A DNA stretch of 36,166 bases from Chromatiaceae bacterium (lineage in GTDB: Bacteria; Pseudomonadota; Gammaproteobacteria; Chromatiales; Chromatiaceae). The stretch is from positions 1 through 36,166 of the forward strand of contig JBATOB010000040.1 in assembly GCA_049290655.1 (NCBI GenBank), given 5' to 3'. The translations under genes were made by a program, and so were the position numbers. Under the pieces are notes generated by a model. It ran no database searches and was not told the origin of the DNA. It was given only the letters and a program-made list of their open reading frames with translations. Positions 19,186-28,900 of the stretch are shown here, piece after piece. Positions within the stretch are counted from its first letter, which is position 1; the number at the start of each line of letters is the position of its first letter.

Positions 19186-20079
19186 TTAGAGTTCGCCCTG
19201 ATACCGCTCATCCTCGGCCTGCTGGCGCCGGGCCATCTCGACCTGACGGCGCAGGTCCCAGACCTCCTGGCGCTGGTTGACGCGCTTGTCCCAGGCCCCC
19301 GCCTGTTCCGGGACACTGAATTCGGCGAACAGCACCTGGCGCAGGAATCGGTAGCCAAACTTGAGCAGGGCCAGTTCGTTGGTCTCGATATTGGCGTAGA
19401 AGGTCTCCGGCAGGTCATAGGTGGCGCGAAACTTATCACTGAGGACAAAGCGACGGAAGGTGTCCAGGTCGTAGGAGGCCAGGAAGAAGACATTCAGACT
19501 GGTTTGGGGCGGGCGGCCCACCGTTGGCCCGGCGGAACGCTTCTTGAGGATGAGCTGGTACCACTCGCGATTGTGCTCGTCATGGGTATCGCACCCCTGC
19601 TCCAGGCGGTAATCGCCGATGCTGATGCGGCGGTCCTCCAGATGCCCCTTGCAGTGGTCCTCGCGGACCAGGGAATACTCCTGCAGGGTGTCGGTCTCCC
19701 CCGCCACGTGGCGATTGAGCAGGGCGACCGGGTAATAGCGGCAGACCGTGGGCCTGTCCTCGTAGACACTACAACCCCTGTCGCCATCGAGTAGCAGGCA
19801 GGCCCCCTCGTCGGTGGTCTTGAGCTTGACCCCGGGGGTGCCGTCGGCATCCATCTGGAAGGGGACCGTGTGCTTGGCCAGGAAGTCGGTCGTGGACAGG
19901 CCCAGACGCCCCTTGAGGCGCAGGATGTCGTAAGGGGCCAGGGTCACGTCAGCCATGCGGCAGCAGGCGTTGAAACAGGAGATGCCCGGATAGCAGCGGA
20001 AGGGGATCTCGGTCTCCTCGCCCAGCACCTCGGGCAGCACCACGCTCTGGAAGGGAATTTCGGGTCTTTCGTCACTCAT
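19186..20079 (-). CDS. YkgJ/UPF0153-type cysteine-cluster (putative Fe-S or Zn) protein with a roughly 150-aa C-terminal extension
   Basis: 297-aa ORF. Motifs FRCYPGISCFNACC and GACLLLDGDRGCSVYEDRPTVCRYYP match the CxxCxxCC-family pattern. No TM segment is visible. GAGAGA lies 6 nt upstream of ATG 20079. Confidence 0.7.
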   Translation of the reverse strand: MSDERPEIPFQSVVLPEVLGEETEIPFRCYPGISCFNACCRMADVTLAPYDILRLKGRLGLSTTDFLAKHTVPFQMDADGTPGVKLKTTDEGACLLLDGDRGCSVYEDRPTVCRYYPVALLNRHVAGETDTLQEYSLVREDHCKGHLEDRRISIGDYRLEQGCDTHDEHNREWYQLILKKRSAGPTVGRPPQTSLNVFFLASYDLDTFRRFVLSDKFRATYDLPETFYANIETNELALLKFGYRFLRQVLFAEFSVPEQAGAWDKRVNQRQEVWDLRRQVEMARRQQAEDERYQGEL

Positions 20080-20091
20080 GAGGGGTCTCTC

Positions 20092-20124
20092 AAAAAAAAC
20101 CGGGCGCCTCGTGGGCGCCCGGTT
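20092..20124 (-). terminator. Rho-independent terminator after aprA
   Basis: On the minus strand: AACCGGGCGCC-CACGA-GGCGCCCGGTT (11-bp GC-rich stem) followed directly by TTTTTT. On the + strand this appears as the A8 run at 20092-20099, two of whose bases are in the stem. Located between the aprA stop (20145) and the next ATG (20079). Confidence 0.85.
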
Positions 20125-20144
20125 CCTCGACTAGCGGCTAGCCA

Positions 20145-22166
20145 CTAGTGCGCGGCGGCCTTGAACAGCTTGGACTTGTCGACCAGATCGACATGGGCGC
20201 GCTTGAAGCAGGTCCAGGCCTTGGTCTCCTTGTCATAGATGGAGTTGACGAAGCAATGCCAGTTCTCCTCGTCCACGAAGTTCTTGTCCATCCGATAGTA
20301 GAAGCCGGGGTAGCGGCTCTCCTCGCGGAACTGGATGTGCTTCATGTGGGCCTCGGCCGTGAGGATGCGATGGTAGTTCTCCCAGGCGCGGAGCAACTCG
20401 TGCAGGTCCTTGGCGCGCATCTTGGCCGCGTCTTCCTTGAGCATCTCCAGCTTCTCTTCCGCCACCGTCAACATATTGGCGTTGGTGGTGTAGTAGGTGG
20501 CGACGCCGGCTACATACTCGTCCATGATCTTCTGCAGACGGAACTGCAGCATCTTCGGCGTGATGTAGTTCGGGTTCACGTCGATGGCGGTGCTGTAGTC
20601 CTTGAATTCCATGTAGGTCCGCACCGGCTTGTAGATCTCCTCGACCAGGACCTCGGGAGCCGTGTCCAGCTCGGGCTTCATGTCCTTGTTGTCGATGCAA
20701 TACTGGACCATGGATTTGGCGGCCATGCGCCCCTCGGCATGGGAGCCGGAGGAGAACTTGTGGCCAGAGGCCCCCACGCCGTCACCCGCCGTGAATAGCC
20801 CCTTAACGGTGGTCATGCCGCGGTAACCCCAGCTCCAGCCCTGAGGCAAGTGGGCCGGGATCTTGTCCTTATCGGCATGCAGCTCCTCGGTGGGGGCACC
20901 GAGATCGGTGGGACCGGAGGCCCAGATGCCACAGCAGCCGGAGTGGGAACCCAGGAGGTAGGGCTCGGTCGGCATCAGTTCGGAGTTCTTCTTCTCCGGC
21001 TCGACGTTCTCGCCGACCCAGATACCGCACTGACCGACGCACATGTCCAGGAAGTCTTCCCAGGCCTCGGCCTCGAGGTGCTTGACCTCGCGAGGGGACA
21101 GGGTCTCGCGCAGCTTGGCCAGGGCGGTCACGGTATCCATGTAGATGGGACCGCGACCTTCCTTCATCTCCTTGAGCATGAGGTGGTTACGCAGGCAAGA
21201 GGCAGGCACGGCAGCCTGGCCATAGGGAGGATAGTCGTTCAGCATCTCCTTGTTCTTGACCATGTACACTTCGCCATAGGCGTTAGTGGCCTGGGCCTTG
21301 AAGAGCAGGAACCAAGCGCCAACCGGGCCGTAACCGTCCTTGAAGCGGGCGGGCACGAAGCGGTTTTCCATCATGGTCAGTTCGGCGCCAGCCTCGGCGG
21401 CCATGGAGTAGGTCGAACCCGAGTTCCACACCGGATACCAGGCGCGGCCCGTACCCTCGCCCACGGAGCGGGGACGGAAGATGTTGACGCAGCCCCCGGC
21501 GGCCAGCAGGATGGCCTTGGCCTTGTAAACAAAGACCTTGTGATCGCGGACCGAGAAACCGACGGCACCGGCGACCCGGTTCTTGTCGTTCTTGTCGTTG
21601 ACCAGCTTGACGATGAAGACGCGCTCCTGGACGCGGTCGGAGCCTAAGACCTTCTTGGCCGCCTCGGCGACGATCCACTTATAGGACTCGCCATTGATCA
21701 TGATCTGCCATTTGCCGGAACGGACGGGCTTGCCGCCATCCTTCAGGGGGGTCATGCCCTTGGAGCCGTCGTGACGCTCGCCGTTCTCGTCCAGTTTCCA
21801 GATAGGCAGACCCCACTCCTCGAAGAGATGCACGGAGTCATCGACATGACGGCCCAAGTCATAGGCCAGGTCATCACGGGTAATACCCATGAGGTCGTTG
21901 GAGACCATGCGGGCGTAGTCAGCCGGGTCCTGTTCGGAGCCAATATAGGTGTTGATGGCGGACAGGCCCTGGGCCACGGCGCCGGAGCGGTCCATGGCGG
22001 CCTTGTCAACCAACCTGATTTTCAGCTCGATGCCCGTTTCCTTTTTTGCGGCATCCGCCCATTGCATGATTTCGTAGCCAGCACCGCAGCAGGCCATGCC
22101 ACCGCCGATTAAGAGGATGTCGACCTCTTCCTGGACGATCTCCGGAGATCCAAATTCACCAGCCAT
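20145..22166 (-). CDS. aprA: Adenylylsulfate (APS) reductase alpha subunit
   Basis: 673-aa ORF. FAD-binding N-terminus VDILLIGGGMACCGAGYE and a fumarate-reductase/APS-reductase-family body. Directly follows aprB. Confidence 0.92.
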   Translation of the reverse strand: MAGEFGSPEIVQEEVDILLIGGGMACCGAGYEIMQWADAAKKETGIELKIRLVDKAAMDRSGAVAQGLSAINTYIGSEQDPADYARMVSNDLMGITRDDLAYDLGRHVDDSVHLFEEWGLPIWKLDENGERHDGSKGMTPLKDGGKPVRSGKWQIMINGESYKWIVAEAAKKVLGSDRVQERVFIVKLVNDKNDKNRVAGAVGFSVRDHKVFVYKAKAILLAAGGCVNIFRPRSVGEGTGRAWYPVWNSGSTYSMAAEAGAELTMMENRFVPARFKDGYGPVGAWFLLFKAQATNAYGEVYMVKNKEMLNDYPPYGQAAVPASCLRNHLMLKEMKEGRGPIYMDTVTALAKLRETLSPREVKHLEAEAWEDFLDMCVGQCGIWVGENVEPEKKNSELMPTEPYLLGSHSGCCGIWASGPTDLGAPTEELHADKDKIPAHLPQGWSWGYRGMTTVKGLFTAGDGVGASGHKFSSGSHAEGRMAAKSMVQYCIDNKDMKPELDTAPEVLVEEIYKPVRTYMEFKDYSTAIDVNPNYITPKMLQFRLQKIMDEYVAGVATYYTTNANMLTVAEEKLEMLKEDAAKMRAKDLHELLRAWENYHRILTAEAHMKHIQFREESRYPGFYYRMDKNFVDEENWHCFVNSIYDKETKAWTCFKRAHVDLVDKSKLFKAAAH

Positions 22167-22189
22167 TTCTCTACCTCTCTCTAAATTTT

Positions 22190-22675
22190 TTACTTGCGGA
22201 TCAGTTCGGCGGGATTACCGGGGCGATAACCCTTGGTCACGCCGCCATCGGCGCTGCCGGTAAAGAAACCGGTAGCCGTGATATTGGCCAGGGAGGCAGT
22301 GGGCTTGCCGCCGTAAGGATCGATGGAGCCTTCCGGGGTGGTGCGGATGGGGAACTTGAAGCGCTTGAGGGTGCCATTGCGGAACTTGATGGTCCACATG
22401 ATGGAATCGGAACCACGCAGGGGCTGAACGGAGCCACCCAGGGGCACGATGTCCGCGTAGTGCCGGCACTCGATGGCCTGCTGCGGGCAGATCTTGACGC
22501 AGGAGTAGCATTCCCAGCACTGCTCGGGCTCTTGGTTGTAAGCCCTCATGGCATGGCCAGTCTCGGAACCGTCACGATCGAGCTTCATCAGGTCGTGGGG
22601 GCAGATGTACATGCAAGCGGTCTTATCCTGGCCCTTGCAGCCATCGCACTTGTCAGTACGCACAAAAGTTGGCAT
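22190..22675 (-). CDS. aprB: Adenylylsulfate (APS) reductase beta subunit (2x[4Fe-4S])
   Basis: Track ORF 22190..22774 trimmed to ATG 22675 (MPTFVRTDKCDGCKG...CMYICP...CWECYSCVKICP). AGGAGA lies about 8 nt upstream. 161 codons. Confidence 0.9.
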   Translation of the reverse strand: MPTFVRTDKCDGCKGQDKTACMYICPHDLMKLDRDGSETGHAMRAYNQEPEQCWECYSCVKICPQQAIECRHYADIVPLGGSVQPLRGSDSIMWTIKFRNGTLKRFKFPIRTTPEGSIDPYGGKPTASLANITATGFFTGSADGGVTKGYRPGNPAELIRK

Positions 22676-22881
22676 GGTGTTCTTTCTCCTAACGTTGTAC
22701 CGCAGCGAATGTCGCCGATGCTGGCGAAGCCGTATGGCGCCACCCAGCCCCCAGCGGTCAGGCGACGTCGACACGTACCGATCGAATCTTCCCTGACTCG
22801 GCGTCCAACCGGCGATCCTGTCCTGGCGAGGAGATGAGCTTGAGCCCGTCTGGCCGCCAATCCGATGACGCTAACATGGAT

Positions 22882-22911
22882 AGATTAGAGAGAGGCAAGG
22901 GCAAGTGTCAA
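22882..22911 (-). promoter_or_regulatory. Candidate sigma70 promoter of aprBA
   Basis: Minus strand reads TTGACA (22911-22906), an 18-nt spacer, then TAATCT (22887-22882), within the only AT-rich patch upstream of aprB. This implies a leader of about 200 nt. Confidence 0.35.
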
Positions 22912-23251
22912 AACAGATTTTACCACTGAATCATAAAATAACTTTATTAGATGCTTCTGGAGGACCCCAGCGGGTGTTAAGGCCAGGGCCCATCGGATTC
23001 AAGGCCCTGGCCAGAAGCGATTTTTGGGTTTACCCTTTCCGGGCATGACGGCGAGGGCCCTACCCACTCTGAGATAGCGATTGGATCATGACATCTGCCC
23101 CACCCCCACGCCTTCGCTTCTTGGAGGCCCCCTACCTGACGCGCCTAGTCGCCGTCATCGGGGGCCCTTACCAGCCAGTCTCGTCCGAGCCACCCCCCCG
23201 GCTGGGCTGGTCAGGTTGTGGCAACCGCGGCCAACTGGGGGGCGCGGCATC

Positions 23252-23623
23252 ATGAAGCGCACCCTGTTGACCTGCGGCGCTCTCTATGGCGCCCTGGCGG
23301 TGGCCCTGGGCGCCTTTGGCGCCCATGCCCTCAAGGCCAGAGCCCCTGAACTCTTGGCCCATTGGGGTACGGCCACCCAGTATCTCGCCCTGCACGCCCT
23401 CGCCTTGTTGGCGACCGGCATGCTCATCGAGCGCCAGCCCCGTCATCGCTCGCTCACCCTGGCGGGCCAGGCCTTACTCCTGGGCGCGGCCATTTTCAGC
23501 GGCAGCCTCTACCTACGGGTCTTGCTGGACATGCCATCCTGGGGCATGGTCACCCCGCTGGGGGGCGCTTTACTCATCCTCGGCTGGCTGCTGCTGGCCT
23601 TCGGCCTCTGGCGGCAAGATTAA
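23252..23623 (+). CDS. DUF423 (YgdD-like) small inner-membrane protein
   Basis: Track ORF 23081..23623 trimmed to ATG 23252 (MKRTLLTCGALYGALAVALGAFGAHAL). Four hydrophobic segments and the GAFGAH motif typical of DUF423. Confidence 0.75.
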   Translation: MKRTLLTCGALYGALAVALGAFGAHALKARAPELLAHWGTATQYLALHALALLATGMLIERQPRHRSLTLAGQALLLGAAIFSGSLYLRVLLDMPSWGMVTPLGGALLILGWLLLAFGLWRQD

Positions 23624-23629
23624 AGGACC

Positions 23630-24361
23630 ATGCGTCAGACCCGCGTCCATGTGGACCTGCCGCTGGGGGCGGGTAAGGACCTGTCTCTGCCCGCCCCGGC
23701 GGTCCAGCACCTCGTTCAGGTGTTGCGCCTGCGGCCCGGCGACGACTTTATAATCTTTAATGGTAACGGCCATGATTATCCCGCCGCGATACTCACCGCC
23801 CACCGGCAGGGGGTCCTGATCCGGATTGGCGAGCCTGGGGAGCCCGAACCGGCCCTGCCCCTCGGCGTCCACCTGGGGATCGGCATCTCCAAGGGCGAGC
23901 GCATGGACTTCTCTATCCAAAAGGCGGTTGAACTGGGCGTCGCCGAGGTCAGCCCCCTGTTCGCCGGGCGCGGCATGGTGCGGTTGGCCGGCGACCGCCT
24001 GGCCAAGCGTCAGGAACACTGGCAGAGCATTCTGATTGCCGCTTGCGAACAGAGCGGCCGTCGGCGCCTGCCCCGACTGAACCCTGCCCAAGACCTAGAT
24101 ACCTGGATCGCCCAGGGACACCCCTACCCCCTGCTGCTGGATCATCGCGCCAGCCGCTCTCTGCCCAGCCTCCCCCCGCCAGGTCCGGCCGTGGCCCTGC
24201 TGATAGGGCCCGAAGGTGGCCTGGCGCCCGCTGAACGCGAGCGCGCCTACCAAAGCGGCTTCACCGGCGTGCGCCTCGGCCCGCGCATTCTGCGCACCGA
24301 GACGGCCCCGCTGGCGGCTCTTGCCATCGTCCAGGCTCTGTGGGGTGACCTAGGCGATTGA
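23630..24361 (+). CDS. rsmE: 16S rRNA (uracil1498-N3)-methyltransferase
   Basis: 243-aa ORF with a PUA-like N-terminus and SPOUT C-terminal motifs LLIGPEGGLAPAE and LGPRILRTETAPLAAL. Confidence 0.85.
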   Translation: MRQTRVHVDLPLGAGKDLSLPAPAVQHLVQVLRLRPGDDFIIFNGNGHDYPAAILTAHRQGVLIRIGEPGEPEPALPLGVHLGIGISKGERMDFSIQKAVELGVAEVSPLFAGRGMVRLAGDRLAKRQEHWQSILIAACEQSGRRRLPRLNPAQDLDTWIAQGHPYPLLLDHRASRSLPSLPPPGPAVALLIGPEGGLAPAERERAYQSGFTGVRLGPRILRTETAPLAALAIVQALWGDLGD

Positions 24362-24487
24362 TGTGACTCATTGAGGTGGACCCCACGTCAAGGACCATTT
24401 CACGCTGAATTTAAGTTAGTCCGTTCGCCTTGATTGCGGCGGATTGGCGCTGCCCCAGTCGGACCGAACGGAGGCTTCTCCGGCGGC

Positions 24488-25387
24488 CTAGACCACGATC
24501 TCCGCGATCTTCCTCCCGTCCTTGAAACGGTCCGTGATGACCGCTCCACCACCTTGCCCGCACCGGTGGACCTCTTTCGGTGTGCGGTTGTTCATCGCTT
24601 GATGTGGTCGCTCCTCGTTGTAGAACGTGAAATAGTCGGTCAGCCCCATGAGCAGCGCCGCCATGCTCGCGTAGCCCTTGGGATAACTATCCTCATACTT
24701 GACCGTCCGCCACCGCTGCTCGACGAACACGTTATCCAGCGCTTGTCCCCGCCCGTCCCTGCTGATGGCGATGCCGGCCTCACGCAGGATCCGCGTGAAC
24801 GCCAGACTGGTGAAAGGCACCCCCTGATCGGTGTTGCAGATCTCTGCCCGACCCTGTACACGCAGCGCATCCTGCAAGCAGTCGATGCAGAAGCCCGCAG
24901 CGAGTGTGTTCGACAGCCGCCAGGCCAACACCCGGCGCGAGTACCCGTCGATGATCACCACCAGGTGCGCCAGGCGCACCTAGGTGATGTCCGTACTCCA
25001 GACCTGGTTCGGGCGCGTGATGGCCACGCCTCGCAGCAGATACGGATAAACCGGGTGCTCGGGATGGGGCGTGCTGGTGTGTGGCCCCGGCACCCTGCCG
25101 GCCAGGCCGAGCGCGCGCATCAGCCGTTGCGCCCGCTTGCGGTTGACCTCGCAGCCCTGCGCATGCAGCGAGACAACCAGGCGCCGGCTCCCATAGAAGG
25201 GCCGACGGGTGTACTCGGCATCGATCAAACGCAGCAGCCGCAAGTCCCGTTCATGGAGGGCATCACTTTACGAGCACGCCTATACCCGCGAGCGGGTGAC
25301 ACTGGCCAGCGCGCCTTGGCGCCGCACCGACAGCCCGGCCGTTTCAGCACCACCCGCCGCATCGATCCAGTCCCGACGTGCGCTCAT
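24488..25387 (-). pseudogene. IS3-family transposase OrfB (integrase/DDE core), inactivated
   Basis: One reading frame gives MSARRDWID..LSVRRQ.., LRLLRLIDAEYTRRPFYGSRRL, NQVWSTDIT and VRLAHLVVIIDGYSRRVLAWRLS...NTDQG...YNEERPHQA. It carries three in-frame stops: TAG 25280-25282, TAA 25268-25270 and TAG 24980-24982. The frame is +1, not -1, relative to orfA. Confidence 0.8.
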
Positions 25388-25391
25388 GGGC

Positions 25392-25676
25392 TCAGCCCGG
25401 ACTTTTTTTCAGCCAGTCCAGTTCCACCTTCAGCCGCCCGATTTCTCGGTAGAGCCGATCCGCATCCGGGTTATCCTCGGCCGTCTTGCGCCCACGCTTC
25501 GTCTCGAACAGCGTCCCGGCCCGCGCGGTGATCGCCTGCTGCCACTGCCCAACCTGGACCGGATAGACACCGTCGTCCTGAACAATCTCGTTGGCCGTCT
25601 TCACCCCGCGGATCGCTTCCAAACCCATCTTCGCCTTGAACGCCGGAGAAAAGGTCTTGCGTGTCCTCTCGGTCAT
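25392..25676 (-). CDS. IS3-family transposase OrfA (HTH)
   Basis: 94-aa ORF MTERTRKTFSPAFKAKMGLEAIRGVKTANEI...LYREIGRLKVELDWLKKSPG. Ends at the CTG AAA AAA AGT slippery region, as is typical of IS3 OrfA. Confidence 0.8.
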   Translation of the reverse strand: MTERTRKTFSPAFKAKMGLEAIRGVKTANEIVQDDGVYPVQVGQWQQAITARAGTLFETKRGRKTAEDNPDADRLYREIGRLKVELDWLKKSPG

Positions 25677-25927
25677 CTCGATTCACCTGACTTCGTGCGG
25701 CGGCGACTAACTTAAATTGTGGTCCTGTTTTCGGGGTCCACTATAACCGTGCTGATTTCCGCAAACAGAGCCGACGAGATATCAGACGGCGGTCCCGACA
25801 TCTTCGCGTCTCCCTGTCCGACCGCAAACTCTTTCCCCATGACGTTGCCCCTTGACCAGTTACGGCCTGATTGAGCCAGGGCCAGAGGCCCGGATGCGCG
25901 GCAACACCGTCAATCCCACCCGACAGG

Positions 25928-28900
25928 CTAGAGTAAAACCCGCTCAATCCCACCGATGAGCACTCGATCGAGAAAGCGCTCCCGCCAGCCTTGGCCCTGA
26001 CGATAACGGGCGAGTTCCACGACGATGTACTCCGTGGTCAAGCCCGTTTCATCGGCATACTTGGCCAGACCCTGTTGGCAGGCGGGACAAGCGGTCAGCA
26101 ACTTGACGTCACCCTGGGCGTGGTCGCGGCCGGTGAGGGCGCGGATGCCCTGAACCAGGGATTCCTCCTTGCGATAACGGAGTTGGCTAGCGATATCCGG
26201 GCGGGCGGTGCCCAGGGTACCGGCCTCGCCGCAGCAGCGGTCGGTAAGGGTGACGGGCTGACCCAGGAGGTTGACGGCAACCTTGAGGGGGGCATGAGTC
26301 TTCATGGGACTGTGGCAGGGGTCATGGTAAAGGTACTGAACACCCGATCCGCCCCGCGCCAAGGATTCCACCCCAGCGGTCACGGGGGCCTCTGCACCCC
26401 CGATCTGGGGCAAGGCGCCGCCAGCGAGAGTCACGCCTCTTTCCATCAAATATTCATGGATGTCCAAGAGGCGGCAGCCGGGAAAGATGCGCTCGAATTC
26501 GTACTGGAGTAACTGGTCCATACAGGTGCCGCAGGAGACGATGACGGTACGAATATCCAGATAATTAAGGGTATTGGCGATTCGGTGGAACAGGACGCGG
26601 TTCTCCATGGTCAAGCGCCGACCTTGGGCCTCGTAGCCCCCGGCGCTCTGGGGATAGCCACAACACAGGTAACCGGGGGGCAGCACCGTTTGCACACCCT
26701 GCTCGTAGAGGAGCGCCAAGGTCGCCAGGCCGATATCCGAGAAGAGACGCTCGGAGCCGCAGCCGGGGAAGTAGAAAACGGCCTCCATCTCCTCCGGGCT
26801 GCGCTGGGGGTCGCGCAGGATCGGAACCTGGGTGGCATCCTCCAGTGCCAGGATTTGGCGAAAGGTTTTCTTCGGCACCTCGACACGGATAGGCCGGCGC
26901 AGTAGCTCCTTCGCCAGGGTGAGGGCCGGGGGTTGACCCGTGGTGGCCGCTGGGGGTTCCTTGCGCCGGTACAGGCCCAGGCGCCGGGTCAGGGCGCTGG
27001 CGAGATTGAGGCCTCGAAAACCCCAACGGGCCAGGCCGATACGCAGCAGGCGGATGAGGCGGGGGTCCTTGGCGTCGAGGAAACGCATGGCGGCCCAGGC
27101 GCCGGGGCTGAAGCGCTTTTGGCGCCGGTCCACCAGGATGCGGCGCAGGCGCGTCGTCACCTCGCCAAAGTCGATCTTGACCGGGCAGGGGGGCTGACAT
27201 TTATGGCAGACGGTGCAGTGGTCCGCCAGATCGTTCATCTCGGCGAAATGGCGCCGCGACAGACCGCGGCGCGTCTGCTCCTCGTACAGGAAGGCCTCGA
27301 TGATGAGACCGGTGCCGAGGATCTTATTGCGCGGCGAATAATTCAGGTTGGCGCGGGGCACATGGGTCATGCAGACCGGCTTACACTTGCCGCAGCGCAG
27401 GCAGTGCTTGATGTCCTCGTTGAGGGCGCCGAGTTCCGTTTCCTCCAGGATGATGGCCTCCTGGCTCACCAGCCGGAGCGAGGGCGTATAGGCGCTCTCG
27501 AGACCCGAGCCCGGCATCAGCTTGCCGGGGTTGAAGCGCCCCGCAGGATCCACGAGATGCTTATAGCGGACGAAGGCCGCCAGCTTGTCGGGCTCCAGGA
27601 ACTGGATCTTGGTCAGCCCGATACCGTGCTCACCGGAGATAACCCCCCCCAACTCGATCGCCAAGGCCATGATGCGGGCCACCATGCGGTCGGCCTCATG
27701 CAGCATGGCGTAGTCGGAGGAGTGAACCGGGATATTGGTGTGGACGTTGCCATCGCCCGCGTGCATATGCAGTGCCACGAAGAGGCGCGCCTCCCGGACC
27801 TGGGCATGGATGACGGCGAGCCGTTCCCGGACCGCGGCCATGTCCTGGCCGCTGAAGATCTCGTCTAGGCGCTGACGGACCTCCTGGCGCAGGGACTGGC
27901 GGAGGTCGCGACGCAGGAGCAAATCCAACAAGCTATCGCCGGCCTTGACCAGAGCCTGTTCCGGTTCCATCAAGAGGTGGGCCTGATCAGACGCGGGGGC
28001 ATCGAGCAGGGCCAGGATCTGGCCCCAACGTCGATGGGCCTCCTCCAGTACCTCACGGGCCGCCCCGCGCTTGGCGTCCAGAATGGCCTGGGATTCGGCG
28101 GAGTCCTCGAAGCCCGGCCAGTCACGGGCCTCCGGCATCTTCGTCTCCACATAGTCCTGGAGGGCCTCCAGAATCCGCTGCTTGTTGGCGATGGACTGCT
28201 CGATATTGATACGCTCGATGGCCCGCGAATAGTCCGCCAGCCGCTCCAGCGGTATCACCACGTCCTCGTTGATCTTGAAGGCATTGGTGTGGCGGGAGAT
28301 GGCGGCGGTACGGGCACGATCGAGCCAAAACCGGCGGCGGGCCTCGGGGCTGACGGCGATAAAGCCCTCCCCCTGGCGAGCCTGGGTCAAGGCCACCACC
28401 CGCTCCGCGGCGGCGGTCACCAGGCCCTCGTCATCGGCCACCAAGTCGGCGAGCAGCACCATCTTCGGCAGCTCGGCGCGGGCCGCCTTGGTGGAATAGT
28501 CCAGGGCGCGCAGGTAGCGCTCGTCCAGGTGCTCCAGACCGGCAATCAGGACCTCGGGCAGGGTGTCGATGTATTCCTTGATCTCCAGGATGGCCGGCAC
28601 CGCCAGGGAGAGATCGGCGCCAAAGAATTCCATGCACAAGGTGCGTGTATGCGCCGGCATCTGGTGCAGCAAAAAGCGGGCGGAGGTGATGAGACCATCG
28701 CAGCCCTCCTTCTGCACCCCCGGCAGGCCAGCAAGGAACTTGTCAGTGACATCCTTGCCCAGGCCCGCCTTGCGGAAGGTCTGGCCCGGCAGGGTCAGAA
28801 GCTCGGGCTCACCCTTTGGGGTTTGCCCATCCGGCCCAAAGCGGGAGATGCGGAACCGCACCTCGGCCTGGTCATGGATTTTGCCCAGGTTGTGGCCCAG

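Larger units (their letters stand above)
24372..25745 (-). mobile_element. IS3-family insertion sequence, decayed copy (about 1.37 kb)
   Basis: Imperfect terminal inverted repeats share the blocks GTGGACCCC, AGGACCA and AATTTAAGTTAGTC (left 24372-24421, right 25705-25745). Contains orfA with an A7G slippery run, followed by an rve/DDE-type orfB interrupted by stops. End positions are uncertain by a few bp. No target-site duplication seen. Confidence 0.8.

Noticed and set aside
22676-22774. N-terminal extensions offered by the track for aprB, and similarly for trpE, comF, znuB, DUF423, the DUF3683 gene, the GT2-GT4 gene and wzt
   Set aside because: The extensions are Arg/Pro-rich, lack SD sequences, and overlap neighbouring genes or promoters. 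Internal starts align with the canonical family N-termini and have SD-like sequences.
25741-25953. 70-aa minus-strand ORF between the IS element and the DUF3683 gene
   Set aside because: It overlaps the IS end and the 3' end of the DUF3683 gene. It has no start context or motifs.
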